IMG/VR virus record: IMGVR_UViG_3300036760_000101
Coordinates: 1-54,244 of that record
Strand: one strand, 5' to 3'
DNA length: 54,244 nt
From: a virus
Lineage: Duplodnaviria > Caudoviricetes
A program made the translations under genes and the position numbers. Within the stretch, counting starts at the first letter, position 1, and each line of letters starts with the position of its first letter. The notes under the pieces were generated by a model that was not told the DNA's origin, ran no database searches, and worked only from the letters and a program-made list of their open reading frames with translations. Below, piece after piece: positions 1 to 10,371 of the stretch.

Positions 1-255
1 GGACTATACTTTCAATGGTTGGATAGATAGTAATTCCATTTTTGGTAATGTAAGCCCTGACCCTTCAATTACAGGTGCATCTACATTTCCAATTTTTGCT
101 TGTGTAACAAAAGGCTTTGATGGAATTAATCGTTTAGTTGCATTAGATATGCTTCCCAATGGTGGTGCATATCGTTGTAATTCACGTCTTATATATGCTA
201 CAGATTCACTTGCTTATTTTAATGGTTTACAAGTTGGTGGACTTGGAACGTGGGG
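1..255. repeat. Terminal direct repeat, copy 1 (circularity overlap)
   Basis: 1-255 matches 53990-54244 except A27/G54016 and A128/G54117. Confidence 0.95.
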
Positions 256-595
256 ATTTGATAATAAAGCGAGACTATCAAAGTTGTATTTCTTTAGGGG
301 TGGAGTGGCAGCAGCAGACGCAATTAATCCAGCAGCAATTCAAGGTTCATTTGAAGACCCTGTTACTGGAATACCGTATGTTCTTTGTAGTCAAAATCAG
401 GGCGTGGAAGTTTATAATGATGAATGTATTTTGAACATTGCATCGATAGATTATTACTATAGATGTATGTATCCTACACTAACCCCACCACACACAATTA
501 TGTTAGCAAGTAAATTTTCTAACTTTAATGCAGCAGTAGTTCCATCAAGAACAGGTGGAGACAAAATACTTACTTATTGGGTGAGGAGAGTATAG
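1..595 (+). CDS. 3' part of the junction-spanning putative virion protein
   Basis: Frame open from position 2 to TAG at 593-595; same frame as the 53661 start. Confidence 0.8.
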   Translation, partial: DYTFNGWIDSNSIFGNVSPDPSITGASTFPIFACVTKGFDGINRLVALDMLPNGGAYRCNSRLIYATDSLAYFNGLQVGGLGTWGFDNKARLSKLYFFRGGVAAADAINPAAIQGSFEDPVTGIPYVLCSQNQGVEVYNDECILNIASIDYYYRCMYPTLTPPHTIMLASKFSNFNAAVVPSRTGGDKILTYWVRRV

Positions 596-598
596 TTA

Positions 599-1948
599 AT
601 GGGTTGGTTGACTGGTTGGACATATAGAAAATCTCATATTATAAATCCTGCTTCTGGTGCTGATAAAAATTATCAGAAAAGAATAGTAGTGCATTATGGT
701 GCTGGAGTTGATAGTGATGAAGAAGTCTATCTTGATAGTAAATGTAAAACCGATTTTGGAGATATAAGATTTACAGATAGTAGTGGAACTTTCCTACTGG
801 ACTATTGGATTGAAAAGAAAGTTGACAGTAATTATGCTATTTGTTGGGTTGAAATTATTGACGATTTGAGTGTGTATGATAAGAAAATTTATACCTATTA
901 CAGTAATGCAGGAGTAACTTCAATAGCCAATGGAGATAATACGTTTGTATTCTTTGATGATTTTGAAGTAGATTTAAGTAAATGGTTAAATAATCATGCT
1001 TCAATTTCAACAGACTATGCTTATAATGGTAGTAAATGTTTAAGATTGGATGTTGTAGGTGGAAGTAATGGATTTGTTTCTAAACTTCTCACTCAATTAA
1101 ATGTAGCAATTCATACCCATTATTATGATATTGAATCTGCCGAAGTTGAACTTCATGCTCTTATGGTTTCAGATGGTGCTGGACATGATTCTGCCATAGG
1201 TGTAGTAAGTGATGGTTCGCAGTATGAATATATGCCTGACGCATTTAATCCTGTTCCTATAAATAGTGGAATAGACAGAACTATTGATTGGCATGAATTT
1301 ATAATTAGATGTCATGCTAATGATTTGGCTCAACCTTGGCTTGGAGGTTCAAGACAATTTCTTATAGATGGAATCGTAATGTCAAATACTACATTAAATT
1401 ATGCAAATATTTTCTTACTAACATCTTCCACAGGAGGTGGTACTGCAACTGGGAAATCTTATTGGGATACGGTTTTTATAACAAAATATATTAATCCCGA
1501 ACCTGCTCATGGAACTTGGGGTTCAGAAGAAGATGATGGTGTAGGAATAACAACATTTAATGCGGAAGATATTGTGCAGTCAGACGAAGAAGCACCCATA
1601 GAGTTGGAAGATATTATTTATTCTTTATCACAAAGTCCTGAATTAGTTGAGAATGTAATATATGGTTTATTAAAAACTCCATTACATGTAGCAATATTAT
1701 CTGAGGATATTTTGGTAGTTTTAAATAGATTAAAAACATGGCTTGTTGAAGATATAATGGTTGCACTAACAGGTTCTTTGCATGTTCCAGTATTATCAGA
1801 GAACATACTGGTTGAATTATTAAGGATAAGGATTTGTGAGGTTGCAATAGAATTTGGTATTTCCGAGCAAGAAATTGTAAATATAATTATGACTACACAA
1901 GGGGAATTATTAAGAAGATTAACCAGTAAATTATATGAGAAACTTTAA
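599..1948 (+). CDS. DUF2341-domain virion/fibre-associated protein
   Basis: WLTGWTYRKSHII...DFGDIRFTDSSG...LDYWIE and FFDDFE signatures; C-terminal EDI/ENI repeats. Confidence 0.75.
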   Translation: MGWLTGWTYRKSHIINPASGADKNYQKRIVVHYGAGVDSDEEVYLDSKCKTDFGDIRFTDSSGTFLLDYWIEKKVDSNYAICWVEIIDDLSVYDKKIYTYYSNAGVTSIANGDNTFVFFDDFEVDLSKWLNNHASISTDYAYNGSKCLRLDVVGGSNGFVSKLLTQLNVAIHTHYYDIESAEVELHALMVSDGAGHDSAIGVVSDGSQYEYMPDAFNPVPINSGIDRTIDWHEFIIRCHANDLAQPWLGGSRQFLIDGIVMSNTTLNYANIFLLTSSTGGGTATGKSYWDTVFITKYINPEPAHGTWGSEEDDGVGITTFNAEDIVQSDEEAPIELEDIIYSLSQSPELVENVIYGLLKTPLHVAILSEDILVVLNRLKTWLVEDIMVALTGSLHVPVLSENILVELLRIRICEVAIEFGISEQEIVNIIMTTQGELLRRLTSKLYEKL

Positions 1949-1957
1949 GGGGAGTAA

Positions 1958-2323
1958 ATGAAACAAAAATCTATGGTTACAGTTTCAAAATATTGGAATA
2001 ATCCAAAGATAACTACAGAAATTTGGTTAGAGGGAATACAATTAACTAAAGATTTAGATGACTTTAAGGAATCGTTGAAGTATGAGGTAGGGAAGTTAGT
2101 TCTTGATGCTATAAATAATAGACTAAAGGGCAGAGTTAATGCCTTGAAGGGTGAAGTAGGTTCTCCTATTTTTTATATCACCAAGAAATCCATAGGAGAT
2201 GTTATTGATAAAGTATTGGGGCAAAATGCTTCTTTGGATAAGGAGGAACTATATAAAATATTTGATGAAGCATTTGATAGTATTATTAACAAGATAAAAG
2301 AAGAAAGTGCTAAGGTTGTTTAG
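1958..2323 (+). CDS. Hypothetical protein
   Basis: 121-aa ORF, GGGGAG RBS, within operon. Confidence 0.7.
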   Translation: MKQKSMVTVSKYWNNPKITTEIWLEGIQLTKDLDDFKESLKYEVGKLVLDAINNRLKGRVNALKGEVGSPIFYITKKSIGDVIDKVLGQNASLDKEELYKIFDEAFDSIINKIKEESAKVV

Positions 2324-2376
2324 CACTAATATGTTAATCTTTACAAATAAAGATAACTAAAAAACGGAGGATTAAT

Positions 2377-3027
2377 ATGTGGAATAAGTTAAGAGATGTA
2401 GTAAGGTTCGTTAGTTTCGATTCTGTAAGTGGTGAGGCATTTTTAGGTAATGTTCCATTAAAAAATTACATTTCCTTATTTGCTCCAGCAGCACCAGCAA
2501 CGGCAGTTGCGAATCGGTATGTAACATCTACCGCTATGGTAAATGCTGGATATTCAATAGCAAACAGTGGACTTCCTGGAGATGGTCTTTGTAGGAATGT
2601 TACATGCACACGAACAGTTGTTACTGGTGCTGATACTCCAGGAATATTAACAGTAACAGGTACAGATTATAATGATAAGGTAATAACGGAAGTCCTTATT
2701 CCAGGAGCACATACTGTTCTTGTTAGTGGAAAATTAGCGTTTAAGTCTGTCACAGCAGTTGTGGGTTCTGGTTGGGTTGTTGATTCTGGTGTTGCTTATG
2801 ACACAATAGTTGTAGGATTCGGAGATGTAGTTGGTTTTTCAAGTGTATTGTCTAAGGGCGATATTCTATTGTTTGTATGGAATCAGGCGATTCTTACTGC
2901 TGCAACTACTCCAGCACTTCCAACATTTACTTATAGTAAAGAAGTAAGTGGATGCACAATTCCACTTCCTGCTGCTGCTAATGCTGCAAAGAAATTAATA
3001 GCTATATTACTACAATTTAAAGGATAG
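2377..3027 (+). CDS. Putative virion structural (decoration-like) protein
   Basis: GGAGG RBS; beta-rich A/G/T/V composition; RNVT...TVTGTD...ITEV...AFKSVT motif. Confidence 0.6.
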   Translation: MWNKLRDVVRFVSFDSVSGEAFLGNVPLKNYISLFAPAAPATAVANRYVTSTAMVNAGYSIANSGLPGDGLCRNVTCTRTVVTGADTPGILTVTGTDYNDKVITEVLIPGAHTVLVSGKLAFKSVTAVVGSGWVVDSGVAYDTIVVGFGDVVGFSSVLSKGDILLFVWNQAILTAATTPALPTFTYSKEVSGCTIPLPAAANAAKKLIAILLQFKG

Positions 3028-3038
3028 GAGGTACTAAA

Positions 3039-3953
3039 ATGACATTCAGTAAAGTAGTATCTCTTATAGAACAACTTTTAGCAAGTGGTGTTGCGAAGGT
3101 AACGCTTCCATTATCCAATGATAAATTATGGCTTGGTGGTGTAGATGGAATAGCACATGAACAAAGCATGTCTGGTGCAGGAACAATAACCAACGCTGGT
3201 GTATTGGCTATCACTGGACAGATATTACCATCAAGTATACTCATGGGTGATGGAACCACAAAGATTGCATTTGATAGTGTAGGTGCAGATTTTGCACATC
3301 TTTCGTCTGGCGTAGCCGTTACTGAAACTGGAACTAATGATAATGATATTAAAAACATAAGATGTCAACTTACGTCTATGGAGGCATTAACAGGAAAACA
3401 TCTTAAGTCAATTTATTCAAGGGTTGACGTAGACCATGCGTGTACTGATGCTTATTGCTTCCAGGGAAGTATGCGACTTACTGGAGTTGTATCTACAACT
3501 GGATATGGTATAAGTCAGACTGTTGTTATTAAAACTGGTACTCAACCAGAGGTTTACGGTTCATATATTACATTTGCTGGACATACATCAGACCATACTC
3601 AACATACTGGTACGGTTTCGGGTGTTTCTGCTGTTTATAACGGAGGAAATAGTCACGCTGGATTCAAGGCAACGAGTATATTTCGTGGTGGTGGTGCTGC
3701 ATACTGCTCAGTAGGTGCTGTGCTTCATGCTGCTGGAGAGGCTGCTATTGATAATATAATACAAGTTAGTAATGGCGAAGGTACTCCTAAATTTGTTAAG
3801 TTTGATGTAGCAACGGCAGTAAATTGTATTACTTCAAGCGGTGCTGGAACAGCTACAAATCCTGGTGCGGTTGGATTCTACAATATCGTAATTGACATTG
3901 CTGGAACTCCATGTTATATATTAGCAACTAAAAGTCCTTGGACAAATACTTAA
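3039..3953 (+). CDS. Putative head or tail fibre protein
   Basis: AGGAGG RBS; G/T/S/A-rich; C-terminal IVIDIAGTPCYI typical of fibre ends. Confidence 0.55.
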   Translation: MTFSKVVSLIEQLLASGVAKVTLPLSNDKLWLGGVDGIAHEQSMSGAGTITNAGVLAITGQILPSSILMGDGTTKIAFDSVGADFAHLSSGVAVTETGTNDNDIKNIRCQLTSMEALTGKHLKSIYSRVDVDHACTDAYCFQGSMRLTGVVSTTGYGISQTVVIKTGTQPEVYGSYITFAGHTSDHTQHTGTVSGVSAVYNGGNSHAGFKATSIFRGGGAAYCSVGAVLHAAGEAAIDNIIQVSNGEGTPKFVKFDVATAVNCITSSGAGTATNPGAVGFYNIVIDIAGTPCYILATKSPWTNT

Positions 3954-3965
3954 TAGGAGGAATAA

Positions 3966-4196
3966 ATGCACATAAGAGTAGAAAAAGCTGCTGACGGAAC
4001 TTATATCGTTGAAGTCCCTGCCAAAAAGAAGAAAGACAAAAAGGGCATGGAAATGTGTAATGAAGATTTAAAATATACAGCTAAGACAGAAGAGGAATGT
4101 ATTAAGGTTATTAAGGAAGCATTGAAAGAAATTGATGCTCCTAATGATGAATATGGTATAGCGTTTAACGAAGCAGTAAAAGAACCAAAGGGATAA
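3966..4196 (+). CDS. Small protein with a scaffold-like C-terminal motif
   Basis: AGGAGG RBS; ends DEYGIAFNEAVKEPKG. Confidence 0.7.
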   Translation: MHIRVEKAADGTYIVEVPAKKKKDKKGMEMCNEDLKYTAKTEEECIKVIKEALKEIDAPNDEYGIAFNEAVKEPKG

Positions 4197-4199
4197 GTC

Positions 4200-5459
4200 A
4201 TGCAATATATGACCCTATCCCTAAAAAAGTTTAAAGGGTTAAATAATATCCTCCCTACTTATGACCACGCAAGGGTTGAATTTGTAGGGAGGACAGCTAT
4301 CACGGAAGCCTTCCTCATGGAAGCTAAAAATCTTGACCTAACGGATGAATTTCATCTCAGGATGAGGAAAGGACATGACCCAATATATAACCAATCCAAT
4401 GGAAATATTCATTCCCTATGGAGCAATAATGATATTTGCTTACTTAGGGAGGGTATAAATCTTAAATATCTTTCTACCGATTATCTTTCTCATAATCTAA
4501 GGGAGAACTTAACTCCCCAGAAAATCAATATGTCTTATTTGGATTTAAATAATAAGATTTATTATTCAGATGGGATAGATACTGGAATAGTAGAAAATTA
4601 TACTTCAAGAAGTTGGGGATTGGATATTCCACCGTCTCCTGTATTAACTGAAACTGTTGGTCAAATGAGGGCAGGAACTTACCGTATTGCATTGTCCTAT
4701 GTAAGAAATGATGGACAGGCATCTGGAACTAAATTACCATCTGTCATTACTATAGGAGAAAATAAAGGAATAAGTGTATCGAATATTATTCCATCAACAG
4801 ATAGTACGGTAAGTTACATTAATGTATATATTTCAAGTCCAGACGGTGAGGCATTATTTCCATATACAGTAATAGATAATGCAAATCAGACATTTTCCAT
4901 ATTGGGGAATAGTTTACAGTCTGGATTATCCTTACAATTATTTAATTTAGTTAAGGCTCCAGCAGGAAGTATTCTTGAGTATTACAACGGAAGGATATGG
5001 ATAGTAAGTGGTGACGTAGTATGGTATTCCGAACCATTTGCCTATGAATTATTTAGGTTAGCATCAAATTATTTGATGTTAGACTCTCCGATTACTATTT
5101 TTTCGGCAGTTAAGGATGGGTTATGGATAGCCACGGAAGATAATACCTACTTCTTCCAGGGAGATAATCCACCGTTTAAGGTAACCGTTAAGGCTAACTA
5201 TGGAGCAATAAGAGGAACCTTACAGAAAATCTCTGGTACGTTTATGGGTAAGGGAGATAATAATATGGTTTCCGTATGGACTTCCAAAAAGGGAATATGT
5301 GCTGGATATGACGGTGGGGAGTTCAAAAATTTTACAAATGAAAATTATGATTTACCAATAGGATTATATGGTACGTCAATTTTTCGTCAAGAACGTGGCA
5401 TGAATCATTATTTGGTATCACTTAAAAATATAGAAGAAGCAGGCAATATTTATGAATAG
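4200..5459 (+). CDS. Putative tail nozzle/stabilization protein (beta-propeller)
   Basis: N-terminal FKGLNN and NLDLTDE...RKG; YNGRIW..SGDVVWYSEPF repeats. Confidence 0.6.
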   Translation: MQYMTLSLKKFKGLNNILPTYDHARVEFVGRTAITEAFLMEAKNLDLTDEFHLRMRKGHDPIYNQSNGNIHSLWSNNDICLLREGINLKYLSTDYLSHNLRENLTPQKINMSYLDLNNKIYYSDGIDTGIVENYTSRSWGLDIPPSPVLTETVGQMRAGTYRIALSYVRNDGQASGTKLPSVITIGENKGISVSNIIPSTDSTVSYINVYISSPDGEALFPYTVIDNANQTFSILGNSLQSGLSLQLFNLVKAPAGSILEYYNGRIWIVSGDVVWYSEPFAYELFRLASNYLMLDSPITIFSAVKDGLWIATEDNTYFFQGDNPPFKVTVKANYGAIRGTLQKISGTFMGKGDNNMVSVWTSKKGICAGYDGGEFKNFTNENYDLPIGLYGTSIFRQERGMNHYLVSLKNIEEAGNIYE

Positions 5460-5468
5460 GAGGAATAT

Positions 5469-6332
5469 ATGAGTGTCAAAATTTCGACAGGATTACGCAA
5501 CAAGTTAGCAGGTATTTATGCAGAGAAAGTAACCAACGGTGGTTTCAGTTCTGCCACTACAGGATGGACAGCAGTTGCAGGTGTATTGGCAAGTGTAGCT
5601 TCTGGTCAGTCTGGTAACTGCTTGAGGATTACAACCAATAGTGCAAACGTAGCAAAGGCGTATCAGGACATTACCACAAAGGTTGGTCATGTTTATATTT
5701 TTGGTGGTTATCAAAAACAGGGCGATGGTACTGGTGGTAGAATAATGATAGGCACTACTGGTGATGAAAATGCTTATTATGATTCTGGAGATTCCAATCC
5801 TGCATCATGGACAGTTCAGGAATTTTTCCTTAGAGCCACAACCACAACTACAAGAATTACATTACAGAACGACGATACAACCAATACTGGAAAGACAGCA
5901 CTATTTGATACCATTACAATGTCATCGTTTATGAAATCAGTACAGGATGTAATGAAGGGATGTTTCTTGGATGTATGGAGTGGCGCTCAGCCTTCATCTC
6001 CAGATGCACCCATGACAGGAACTAAGTTATTGACACTATTTTCTGATGGTTCAACAACTGGTTTAAACTTTGATGATGCGGTAGCTGGTGTTTTAAGTAA
6101 GGCAGTAGCAGAAACATGGTCTGGTGCTGGAATAGATACTGGAGTGGCTGGATGCTGGAGATTAAGAACTGCTGGTGATAGTTCTAATGACCAGAGTGAG
6201 ATTAATGAAAGAATAGATGGTACGGTAGCATTATCTGGTGGAGATATGACGATGTCTCCGTCACTTAATATCGTAGTTACTGCGATACAGACACTATCAA
6301 CATTTACGGTAACTGTTCCGATAGGGGCATAA
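5469..6332 (+). CDS. Virion structural subunit with an inserted carbohydrate-binding-like module
   Basis: MSVKISTGLRN...WSGAQPSSPDAP.TGTKLL...RIDGTV core interrupted by an NGGFSS..TGW...YQDITT CBM-like domain. Confidence 0.65.
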   Translation: MSVKISTGLRNKLAGIYAEKVTNGGFSSATTGWTAVAGVLASVASGQSGNCLRITTNSANVAKAYQDITTKVGHVYIFGGYQKQGDGTGGRIMIGTTGDENAYYDSGDSNPASWTVQEFFLRATTTTTRITLQNDDTTNTGKTALFDTITMSSFMKSVQDVMKGCFLDVWSGAQPSSPDAPMTGTKLLTLFSDGSTTGLNFDDAVAGVLSKAVAETWSGAGIDTGVAGCWRLRTAGDSSNDQSEINERIDGTVALSGGDMTMSPSLNIVVTAIQTLSTFTVTVPIGA

Positions 6333-6336
6333 TATT

Positions 6337-7080
6337 ATGGCAGACGGTTATGTCCGTTCTGTATATATACAATTAGAACCACTGATTGTAAATGCAACCA
6401 TTACAAACACTCAAGGTAATGAGTTAAGCGTTGAAGTTGAATTATCTTCAATAACGGTAGAATCCGAAGTTATATCTGGTATATTACTTTCGGCAGAAAT
6501 AGAACTTTCTGCATTTACAACAACAGGAACCTTAGCTCAATCATCTGGAAATGCACTTAGCGTTAGTATTGCATTACCATCCCTGAAAGTATCTGGTCTG
6601 TTAGAGACAATTCTAAGAGAAATCCTAAGTACATTTTGTATGAATACCAGAAACTCAGGATTAACCTCATATGATAATTATAATTTTAATAGTTTCTGTA
6701 AATTTAATGGTAAGTATTTTGGTGCAACATCAGGCTCTATTTCCTTGCTCGACAATGACAGGGATGATATAACAAATATAGACTTTGAATTAGCAGTAGA
6801 CTTGTCGGATGTGGGTGTTGATAAGTTAAAAAGAATTAATGATATTTTTATGAATATGAAGTCAGATGGAGATTACGAATTAAAGATAAGTATAGACGAA
6901 GAAGATGAATATATTTATCAATTCAAGGATGATGAATGGAAACTCCATATGTCCAAAGTCAAGATTGGTAAGGGCATGAAGGGAAGTAACATTAAAATAT
7001 CATTGATAAATAAGTCTGGTTCTGATGTAGAATTAGATTCCCTGGAAGCAACAATAGAGACCCTATCGAGAAGGACATAA
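6337..7080 (+). CDS. Virion structural protein
   Basis: N-terminal beta-strand repeats; MNTRNSGLTSYDNYNFNSF motif. Confidence 0.6.
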   Translation: MADGYVRSVYIQLEPLIVNATITNTQGNELSVEVELSSITVESEVISGILLSAEIELSAFTTTGTLAQSSGNALSVSIALPSLKVSGLLETILREILSTFCMNTRNSGLTSYDNYNFNSFCKFNGKYFGATSGSISLLDNDRDDITNIDFELAVDLSDVGVDKLKRINDIFMNMKSDGDYELKISIDEEDEYIYQFKDDEWKLHMSKVKIGKGMKGSNIKISLINKSGSDVELDSLEATIETLSRRT

Positions 7081-9215
7081 TGGAACCCGAAGATTTCTGG
7101 ACTCCAAGATTGAGAATTGACGTTAGGGGTGGACGGGAATATCTTGGATTTGCCAAAAAGAAACTTCGACAAATGAAAAGTAGAATGAAAGACCTTGGAC
7201 TGAATATTCTAAGAAAAAGATTCAAGACTCAAGATGTAGACATTACAATTCAATCTATTCAAGAAAATGATTTAATAAGAATAAAAAGAGTATTGATTGA
7301 AAATGATATTTTGATTTTATATTGTATGATTCCATATGTAACACCAGGAATGGGAAATGATTGGATTTTTCTTCCCTTGACTTGGTATCCTCAGTTATAT
7401 GAAATAAAATATGATAAAAAGAATGAAATATATAGCTTAAATCCAAGATTAACTAATCCCACAATAGTATTTAATAAGGATACAATAAGAACATCATTTA
7501 TACAAGATAATAATGGTAAAAATGAGCATGTATCATTTATACCAAAAGTGGTTGTATATTCGGAACCACAATCTTTTGCTGTTATATATGAAGATAGTAC
7601 ATATAAGGGAATAGGAACGAATACCTTAGGTGGTATTGTAGCTCCATCTGGTACTTTTATACCATTATTGATTGGAAATAAGATAGTATGGGGATGGGAT
7701 GACTTTCAATATATTCCAAGTGATTTAGTAATAGATGGTAATACGTTTGTGGAATTGGCACTTGGCAGATATAATTATACATTACAAAATAATGGTGCGG
7801 TAGATAGAACTAATTATAGAGTTGTAAGTATAGCAAATATTGAAAGTGGGGAAGCAACTACAGGATTTCTTTATTATTTGGGTGGATGGAACCTGTCCCC
7901 CACATTATTACCATATCCAGTTTATGATATTATTAATGGTGAAAATGAAGATAAAGCAGAGTTAGGTATTTATTCATATATAGACAATGAAAAGGCATTG
8001 TTGGATTATAAAATAACAAATAAGGTAACTGAAAGTTCTGAAAGTTCAGATAGTAACGATACCAAAATATGTGTTGGCGTGATGCATATAGAATCGAGTA
8101 GTTCATCACAAACTGTATCTAAAAGTCAAAATTTAAGTGTAATATTTGGAGATGAAGTTTTATATAATGACATAAGAAATATAGAAAGTAGTAGTTATTC
8201 TTCTGAATATAATGGGTCAGCGTATGTGGGTGAGGGATTTGAAGTTCCATTTAGCGGATTAGCGGAAACGTCTTTTTCTCAAACACTCAGTTCCTATTTG
8301 ATAACCCTTGGATGTTTTGATTATACCTATGACAATAGTTCTTTTATAACCATAGTTTCTAAATATGAGGCAGAATATAATTTATCATATAGTTTACATG
8401 ATGAATCTTATCATGGAAACCATGTATTTTATACATGGAACGCACCACCCTATGAGTGTATACCCATGTTTGACCATTTTGGTTCTTCAAGTGGAATTGG
8501 TAGTGGTAGTGAGTCAAGTGTTAAGTCTTGGTTTTTATTATATAAAATTAATAATGGTGCATATGTAGAGATTCCATTAAATATTTCACTTACTGCAAGT
8601 AGGTCATTTTCTGGTACTGGTTATCCTATTATAAATTATCAATATTCCGATTGGATATATATTGGAAAAACAATAAGCAATAGTTCAGTAAAAATAGACT
8701 GGAATAAAAAGTATATGGTATATACGTATATTATTACTACAGAATATAATAATGGGATATGGTATGCAGATAGTAGGGTTATCGGATTGATAGATATAAA
8801 AACTGGCGATAGACAGGAATGGACTTACCCCATTTTTGGGGAAAGTTTACAGATAGAAAATATAGAAGGAACAACCATAGATGGTGGAAATATATGGTGG
8901 ACATACCAACAATTTTTTATAATTGCATGTAATCCTACTTGCGTATCTTCCCCTGCTGAATTTGATTACAATATTGAAGGTGCAAGTTATCAACATAAGA
9001 AATCGGTATTGTTAGAATGGGATAAGGTAACCGATGCTACCTATTATCTTATATTTGCAGGACAAAGTTTGGTCGGGATTTCAGATACAAATAGTTATTT
9101 ATTTAATGGAAATGTAATGGATACCAATTATGATTTTGGGGGAAGCCCAAATGCAACAGTGGAGCCTAACCATTCCAGTATAGGATTATATACAATAAAG
9201 ACAAAGGGAGGATAA
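7080..9215 (+). CDS. Putative tail/receptor-binding protein
   Basis: 711 aa; basic N-terminal anchor-like segment followed by Y/S/N-rich beta sequence. Confidence 0.55.
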   Translation: MEPEDFWTPRLRIDVRGGREYLGFAKKKLRQMKSRMKDLGLNILRKRFKTQDVDITIQSIQENDLIRIKRVLIENDILILYCMIPYVTPGMGNDWIFLPLTWYPQLYEIKYDKKNEIYSLNPRLTNPTIVFNKDTIRTSFIQDNNGKNEHVSFIPKVVVYSEPQSFAVIYEDSTYKGIGTNTLGGIVAPSGTFIPLLIGNKIVWGWDDFQYIPSDLVIDGNTFVELALGRYNYTLQNNGAVDRTNYRVVSIANIESGEATTGFLYYLGGWNLSPTLLPYPVYDIINGENEDKAELGIYSYIDNEKALLDYKITNKVTESSESSDSNDTKICVGVMHIESSSSSQTVSKSQNLSVIFGDEVLYNDIRNIESSSYSSEYNGSAYVGEGFEVPFSGLAETSFSQTLSSYLITLGCFDYTYDNSSFITIVSKYEAEYNLSYSLHDESYHGNHVFYTWNAPPYECIPMFDHFGSSSGIGSGSESSVKSWFLLYKINNGAYVEIPLNISLTASRSFSGTGYPIINYQYSDWIYIGKTISNSSVKIDWNKKYMVYTYIITTEYNNGIWYADSRVIGLIDIKTGDRQEWTYPIFGESLQIENIEGTTIDGGNIWWTYQQFFIIACNPTCVSSPAEFDYNIEGASYQHKKSVLLEWDKVTDATYYLIFAGQSLVGISDTNSYLFNGNVMDTNYDFGGSPNATVEPNHSSIGLYTIKTKGG

Positions 9216-9217
9216 GT

Positions 9218-10357
9218 ATGGCAGACGTAGAAGCCCTAATAACAGGAATGGAAACTTATGCTGATGATGCAGTAGTGGAAGCTATGGCAGATATTGATAA
9301 TATAGTTTCTGCTGTTGGTGCGTTGGCAAATGAGTTAGATTTTGCTAATAATATTTCACAATGGAGCTACGCTACCCTTGGTAATTTAGCTCAAACTTTT
9401 ATAAACACATTAAATCAGGGTTATAAAAATGACCCAACCCTACCATCAGGAATTGGTATTTTTCCAGATGCGGGAAATATTAATTATCCCATTGCAGATA
9501 CGTCAATTATAAGACAAGACTTGGCTGCATGGGTTAATACATTAAAGTTAATACCAGAAAAAATAAGTAAAGCTATTATAACCTTTGATGCTGTTAATAC
9601 GAGAATTTTAACAGATTTGAATAATGAGACCTATGGAATTAATCCTGCGGATGAAATGGCATTATGGGAAAGAACAAGAGATAGGGAATCTATACTTGCA
9701 AATCTTTTACTTAATGAAATAAAGAATCAATTTGCAACTTACGGTATTCCTATTCCACAGGGAGCTTATGTTGCTGCAATAGAAGGTGGATTAAATAAAA
9801 CACAGGAAAATATGTCTACGGTTAATAGGGACATCTCTATTAAACGAGCAGATTTATATAGAATAACAAGAGAAACATCAATAAAACTTGCTATGGAATT
9901 AGGAAATGCACAACTTGGGATAACAGATACCCAAATCAAGGTATGGAGGGAAGTTGTTAATGCTGAATTGGATGAGATTAAAACTAATATGGATTCATAT
10001 AAAACAAAACTTTCTCAGTATGAATTTGAGCTTAGCAAGACAAAAGAAAAACAAGGTGCTGCCAATGCACTATACGCTGAGTATATTAAGGCATGGGGTA
10101 CAAGATTGGATACTTTAAGTAGGGCTTATGCTGTATATCAACAGGCTCAGGCTGACCAAATTAGGTCAACAGAACTTACCCAAAGGGGAGAAGTTGAAAG
10201 AGCCAGGGTTAAGGTAGAAGCCTTTAATGCACAGGTAAATATTAATACCGCTGCCCTATCTTCCAAGGCTCATGTTCTTGCTAATAAGGTTGCTGGTGCG
10301 TTATCTGCCCTTAATGCAGTAATCGGTGCATTGGAAGAAAAAACAGGTTCAATATAA
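9218..10357 (+). CDS. Putative internal virion or tail coiled-coil protein
   Basis: Helical, Ala-rich; ALWERTRDRE...FATYGIPIPQG. Confidence 0.55.
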   Translation: MADVEALITGMETYADDAVVEAMADIDNIVSAVGALANELDFANNISQWSYATLGNLAQTFINTLNQGYKNDPTLPSGIGIFPDAGNINYPIADTSIIRQDLAAWVNTLKLIPEKISKAIITFDAVNTRILTDLNNETYGINPADEMALWERTRDRESILANLLLNEIKNQFATYGIPIPQGAYVAAIEGGLNKTQENMSTVNRDISIKRADLYRITRETSIKLAMELGNAQLGITDTQIKVWREVVNAELDEIKTNMDSYKTKLSQYEFELSKTKEKQGAANALYAEYIKAWGTRLDTLSRAYAVYQQAQADQIRSTELTQRGEVERARVKVEAFNAQVNINTAALSSKAHVLANKVAGALSALNAVIGALEEKTGSI

Positions 10358-10371
10358 TATAGGAGGATAGT

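Noticed and set aside
1-255. DGR template/variable repeat pair (both mismatches at adenines)
   Set aside because: The copies are exactly the contig ends within one continuous gene, there are only two differences, and no reverse transcriptase is present.
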